From the NCBI GenBank assembly GCA_038736825.1, contig JAVYME010000026.1, positions 1 through 16,841 on the forward strand: DNA of 16,841 nucleotides, written 5' to 3'. Numbering within the stretch: position 1 is the first letter of the stretch; the number at the start of each line of letters is the position of its first letter. Of the stretch, positions 13,903-16,841 are shown one piece after another. Below the pieces are notes generated by a model, which saw only the letters and a program-made list of their open reading frames with translations, did no database searches and was not told the origin of the DNA. This stretch comes from Candidatus Iainarchaeum sp. GTDB lineage: Archaea > Iainarchaeota > Iainarchaeia > Iainarchaeales > DTGL01. The position numbers were made by a program, and so were the translations under genes.

Positions 13903-13913
13903 ATTTATCTATT
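13903..13913 (-). promoter_or_regulatory. TATA-like box about 25 nt upstream of the nop5 ATG, in the 40-bp divergent nop5/glyS spacer
   Basis: The minus strand reads AATAGATAAAT, followed by 20 nt and then ATG 13883. Confidence 0.35.
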
Positions 13914-13923
13914 GGCGGTTTTA

Positions 13924-15417
13924 ATGCCCAAAGAAGAGCTTTTCAACCTTGCATTGCGCAGGCAATTGTATTTTCCATCTGCTGAAATCTATGCAGGCTC
14001 GCCAGCAGGCTTTTGGGATTTTGGACCCATAGGCGTAAGAATAAGAAACAAAATCGTTGACTTTTGGAGAAAAGAACTCCTTGAAAAAGAAGGATTGCTT
14101 GAAATAGACGGCTCAGTGGTTCTGCCAAAACCAGTGTTTGAAGCATCAGGGCACCTTGATTCCTTTAACGATCCAATAGTGCAATGCTCCAAATGCCGCG
14201 CCCTTCACCGAGCAGACCAGTTAATAGAGGAAAAAACAAGCGAAAAAGTGCCAGAATCAAAGCCAGTAAAAGAGCTTGAAAAAATAATTAAAGATAAAAA
14301 AATAGTTTGCCCGAAATGCAAGGGAATGCTTGGAGAAGTGCGCTTGTTCAACATGATGATGAAAGTTGAAGTTGGAGCAACAGGAGACCAAACCTGCTTT
14401 TTGAGACCTGAAACCTGCCAAAACATTTTCTTGGATTTTGACCGCTTGTACAAGAGCGGGCGATTGAATCTCCCGCTGGGCATTGCGCAAGCAGGCAAGT
14501 CCTTTAGAAACGAGATTGCACCAAAACAAACGCTTTTAAGGGAACGCGAAATAGGGCAAATGGAAATAGAGTTCTTTTTCAATCCCAAAAAAATAAACGA
14601 TTTCCCGCGCTTTTCAGAAATAGAAAAATACGAATTGAACCTTTTAAGGCTTGGAAAGCCATTAGAGAAAAAAACCTGCAAAGAAATCATTGAAAAAAAA
14701 ATAGTTTCTGGAAAAATAATCGCTTACTGGCTTGCTCGCACCCAGCAATTCTATGAAAAACTCGGAATTCCTCTGGAAAAAATGAGGTTTCGCGAGCTTG
14801 AAAAAGAAGCTCGAGCATTTTATTCAGCTGAAACATGGGATTTTGAGGTGGAAACAGATTTGGGCTGGGTGGAACTTGTTGCGTGCAATTATCGCACAGA
14901 CTACGACCTTGCAAGCCATTCAAAGGGAAGCAAAAAACAACTTAAAGTAAAAGAGGAAGGTGAAGAGTTCACTCCGCACGTTTTCGAAATTTCCGCAGGA
15001 ATAGACCGCTCTCTCTATGTAGTGCTGGATTGCGCTTTCCGAAAAGAAAAGCGCGGTCCAGAAGAAAGGATTTATCTGAAGTTGCCAGCAAAGCTGGCTC
15101 CCTATATTGCGGGAGTTTATCCTTTAGTAAATAAAGACGGTTTAGATGAAATTGCCGAGAAAATAGTAATTACATTGCTTGATGAAGAATTCGAAGTTTT
15201 TTATGATAGGGGGGGCAGTATTGGAAGAAGATATTCTCGTGCGGATGAACTGGGGGTGATAGGGGGAATAACAGTAGATTATCAAACAAAGGAGGACAAT
15301 ACAGTCACATACCGGGACAGAGATTCAATGAACCAAGTTAGAGTAAAAATTGATACACTGCCCGAATTGCTAAGAAAGATAAGAAGGGGGGTGTCAATTG
15401 AAAAATTAAGTATATAA
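13924..15417 (+). CDS. glyS: Glycine--tRNA ligase, archaeal/eukaryotic class II type
   Basis: FPSAEIYAGSPAGFWDFGPIG, the CxxC...CPKC insertion, FLRPETCQNIF, SFRNEIAPK, and an anticodon-binding domain with GSIGRRYSRADELG. Start taken at MPKEELF (13924). The track start 13807 would overlap nop5. Confidence 0.9.
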   Translation: MPKEELFNLALRRQLYFPSAEIYAGSPAGFWDFGPIGVRIRNKIVDFWRKELLEKEGLLEIDGSVVLPKPVFEASGHLDSFNDPIVQCSKCRALHRADQLIEEKTSEKVPESKPVKELEKIIKDKKIVCPKCKGMLGEVRLFNMMMKVEVGATGDQTCFLRPETCQNIFLDFDRLYKSGRLNLPLGIAQAGKSFRNEIAPKQTLLREREIGQMEIEFFFNPKKINDFPRFSEIEKYELNLLRLGKPLEKKTCKEIIEKKIVSGKIIAYWLARTQQFYEKLGIPLEKMRFRELEKEARAFYSAETWDFEVETDLGWVELVACNYRTDYDLASHSKGSKKQLKVKEEGEEFTPHVFEISAGIDRSLYVVLDCAFRKEKRGPEERIYLKLPAKLAPYIAGVYPLVNKDGLDEIAEKIVITLLDEEFEVFYDRGGSIGRRYSRADELGVIGGITVDYQTKEDNTVTYRDRDSMNQVRVKIDTLPELLRKIRRGVSIEKLSI

Positions 15418-16434
15418 AATACTAATCATTTCTCTGTCTTCTTCAATTAAATTATCAAAAAAATTTTGTAAATCAAGACTTAATGAGTTGCACATTTTTC
15501 CCAATGCCCAAACCGGAATTCTATTCTTTCTTTTCCTCCAAGACAAAAGAGTGGCTTTTTTGAAGCCCAGTGCATTTGCAAATTCTTTGTCACAGGCAAA
15601 ATTTTTTCTAATGGCATTAAATAATTTTTTATGATATTTTTTGTTTAGTAAAACTGTTGTTTTGGGGCTAACCTTTTCGGGATTTAAAGATTTTAAGTTA
15701 TCTGGCAAAATTATTTTTTTCTGTTTTGCAAGAGTTTTTAGGTAGTACCGGGCGGTTGACTGCCCGCACTTAAAATAGTTTGTTAAGAAAATTATTTCAC
15801 AGTTCTTTACTTTTTTTAATAGTTTGAATATTTTTTCTTCCGAGATTTTAGCTGTGGGCGAATGATGAATTACGGGGCTTGCATTTAAATCACCATTTAA
15901 CCAGTAAAACAATTTCCGCTTTTGGGTATTTGGTTCTAAATATTCTAATAATTTTTCCTTTTTATTTTCCAAGTAGGCATTTATGGTGAAGTTGTTCCTG
16001 CAATCTTTTGAAATGCCAAATTTTATGCCATCCTTTCTCCAAATTTCAGCAAGGGAATCGATTAGGGTTTTGCTCTTTGAAGTGAAAGTCATTTTACTCT
16101 GTTTTGTGATACAACCGTCAAATGTAATTAAGCCAAGAGCAAACGCTTTTCTAGTTATCATGCCGCATCTTCTAATTGCTTCTGGTTCAAAGGCATCATC
16201 TGATTTATTGCCTGGCCAGACAGAAAAAAATTTCATGAGGTAGCGAGCCAGTATTTTGTTTGAATATACAACTCTCCACGAGTTCTGTTTCTTTTTGCAG
16301 ATAATTGGTTTGACACCGAACTCTTTATCGACCAACTTTTTGAAAAAAAGCACATTGTCCCTATATGCGTCAGATAATTCGATAGTATAATGGCATTGGG
16401 CTTTCTTTGAATTTTTTATCAGGTCATCCAACAT
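15406..16434 (-). CDS. LAGLIDADG endonuclease, downstream piece (second LAGLIDADG motif plus two HTH-like segments)
   Basis: RKAFALGLITFDGCITK and TFTSKSKTLIDSLAEIWRKDGIKFGI. C-terminal HTH-like segments GQSTARYYLKTLAKQKKI and FANALGFKKATLLSWRKRKNRIPVWAL. Confidence 0.65.
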   Translation of the reverse strand: MLDDLIKNSKKAQCHYTIELSDAYRDNVLFFKKLVDKEFGVKPIICKKKQNSWRVVYSNKILARYLMKFFSVWPGNKSDDAFEPEAIRRCGMITRKAFALGLITFDGCITKQSKMTFTSKSKTLIDSLAEIWRKDGIKFGISKDCRNNFTINAYLENKKEKLLEYLEPNTQKRKLFYWLNGDLNASPVIHHSPTAKISEEKIFKLLKKVKNCEIIFLTNYFKCGQSTARYYLKTLAKQKKIILPDNLKSLNPEKVSPKTTVLLNKKYHKKLFNAIRKNFACDKEFANALGFKKATLLSWRKRKNRIPVWALGKMCNSLSLDLQNFFDNLIEEDREMISILYT

Positions 16435-16482
16435 TTTTTCATTTGTTTTGTTTTTATTGATGTTTAGATAGAACTCTCGCCT

Positions 16483-16841
16483 TTAAGGTGAATAATTCTG
16501 GGAAAAATGCTGTTTCTTTTCCGACAAGAAATGGGCAGTCTTGGATATCTCATTTTTATTCTCTGCGGCAAAAACCACTTGTATGCTGAGGCTGCCGTCT
16601 GCCATAAAAGAACCCACGAATTTTGATAGGTGAATATTCAACTTTTTGCAGGCTTTTACTGGTTTTGAAGATGCTGAATTGACTTTCAAATATTCTGTTT
16701 CTTGAATAATTCTTCTCTCGGCTTTTTTGTCCCCTGCATAGTCACATAGGGCTTTTATGAAGGGATTGCATAAAATTTCTTTTTTCCGCTGAGAAGCATT
16801 TTGAATGTTGTGTGTGAACACCTTAATTTCGAAGAAAGAAG
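16483..16841 (-). pseudogene. LAGLIDADG endonuclease, upstream piece (first motif); same frame as 15406..16434, cut off by one TAA; 5' end beyond the window
   Basis: Contains KFVGSFMADGSLS. The frame stays open to the window edge (…SFFEIK precedes the GTG used by the track). TAA at 16485..16483 is followed by 16 sense codons and then ATG 16434 in the same frame. Confidence 0.6.

Larger units (their letters stand above)
15406..16841 (-). mobile_element. Free-standing homing-endonuclease-type gene (LAGLIDADG-HTH), AT-rich, extending off the window
   Basis: Double-motif LAGLIDADG architecture, lower G+C than the neighbours, convergent 12-nt overlap with the glyS stop, and an in-frame nonsense codon. 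Confidence 0.55.

Noticed and set aside
13807-13923. N-terminal extensions proposed by the track: glyS from 13807, nrdD from 10607, HTH regulator from 5109, kinase from 11237, lipoprotein from 7261, radical peptide from TTG 8502.
   Set aside because: The extensions overlap neighbouring genes or promoters and encode non-homologous, odd sequence. Internal ATGs have an SD or a TATA at proper spacing and coincide with the start of the conserved domains.
14205-14690. 161-aa minus-strand ORF and other antisense ORFs inside glyS. Similar cases are 8319..8795 (+) inside nrdD, 2290..2712 (-) across the aCPSF2/membrane gene junction, and 4316..4627 (+) opposite the HTH gene.
   Set aside because: All lie fully within confidently identified genes on the opposite strand and have no recognisable motifs. 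They are typical for AT-rich genomes.

Overview
This is a low-GC stretch (roughly 35-45% by eye) of archaeal chromosome, probably from a small-genome, uncultivated (DPANN-like) archaeon; that lineage call is inference. It carries about 20 genes. The archaeal information-processing genes are fibrillarin, a Nop5-type Nop-domain protein, an NMD3-family protein, a beta-CASP/aCPSF2-like RNase, archaeal-type GlyRS and tRNA-Arg(CCU). There is also a class III (anaerobic) ribonucleotide reductase locus, a polyprenol/dolichol-kinase-like membrane protein and two transcription-factor-like proteins. Secreted or surface proteins are frequent: two zinc metalloproteases, a TP-rich coiled-coil protein and a lipoprotein. 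All three stop codons terminate genes, so the code looks standard. First genes tend to have a TATA-like box about 25-27 nt upstream of the ATG (leaderless), while internal genes carry GGTG/GGAGG Shine-Dalgarno sites.

Main findings:
1. nrdD is split inside its C-terminal CPxCG zinc knuckle. The glycyl-radical domain is encoded as a separate 57-aa peptide with its own ribosome-binding site, between nrdD and an intact nrdG.
2. An AT-rich, double-motif LAGLIDADG endonuclease gene with an HTH tail is interrupted by one in-frame TAA. Its tail overlaps the glyS stop, and the last ~300 nt of glyS show a compositional and codon shift.
3. The Nop5 homologue lacks the N-terminal fibrillarin-binding domain. 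It is separated from flpA by an inserted secreted metzincin gene with an Asp third zinc ligand.
4. A membrane-anchored winged-helix regulator sits upstream of two secreted TP-linker proteins, with TGTTCC repeats flanking the intervening TATA box.

No CRISPR array, rRNA, transposase or recognisable defence gene was seen. All calls rest on motif reading by eye; no database search was possible.
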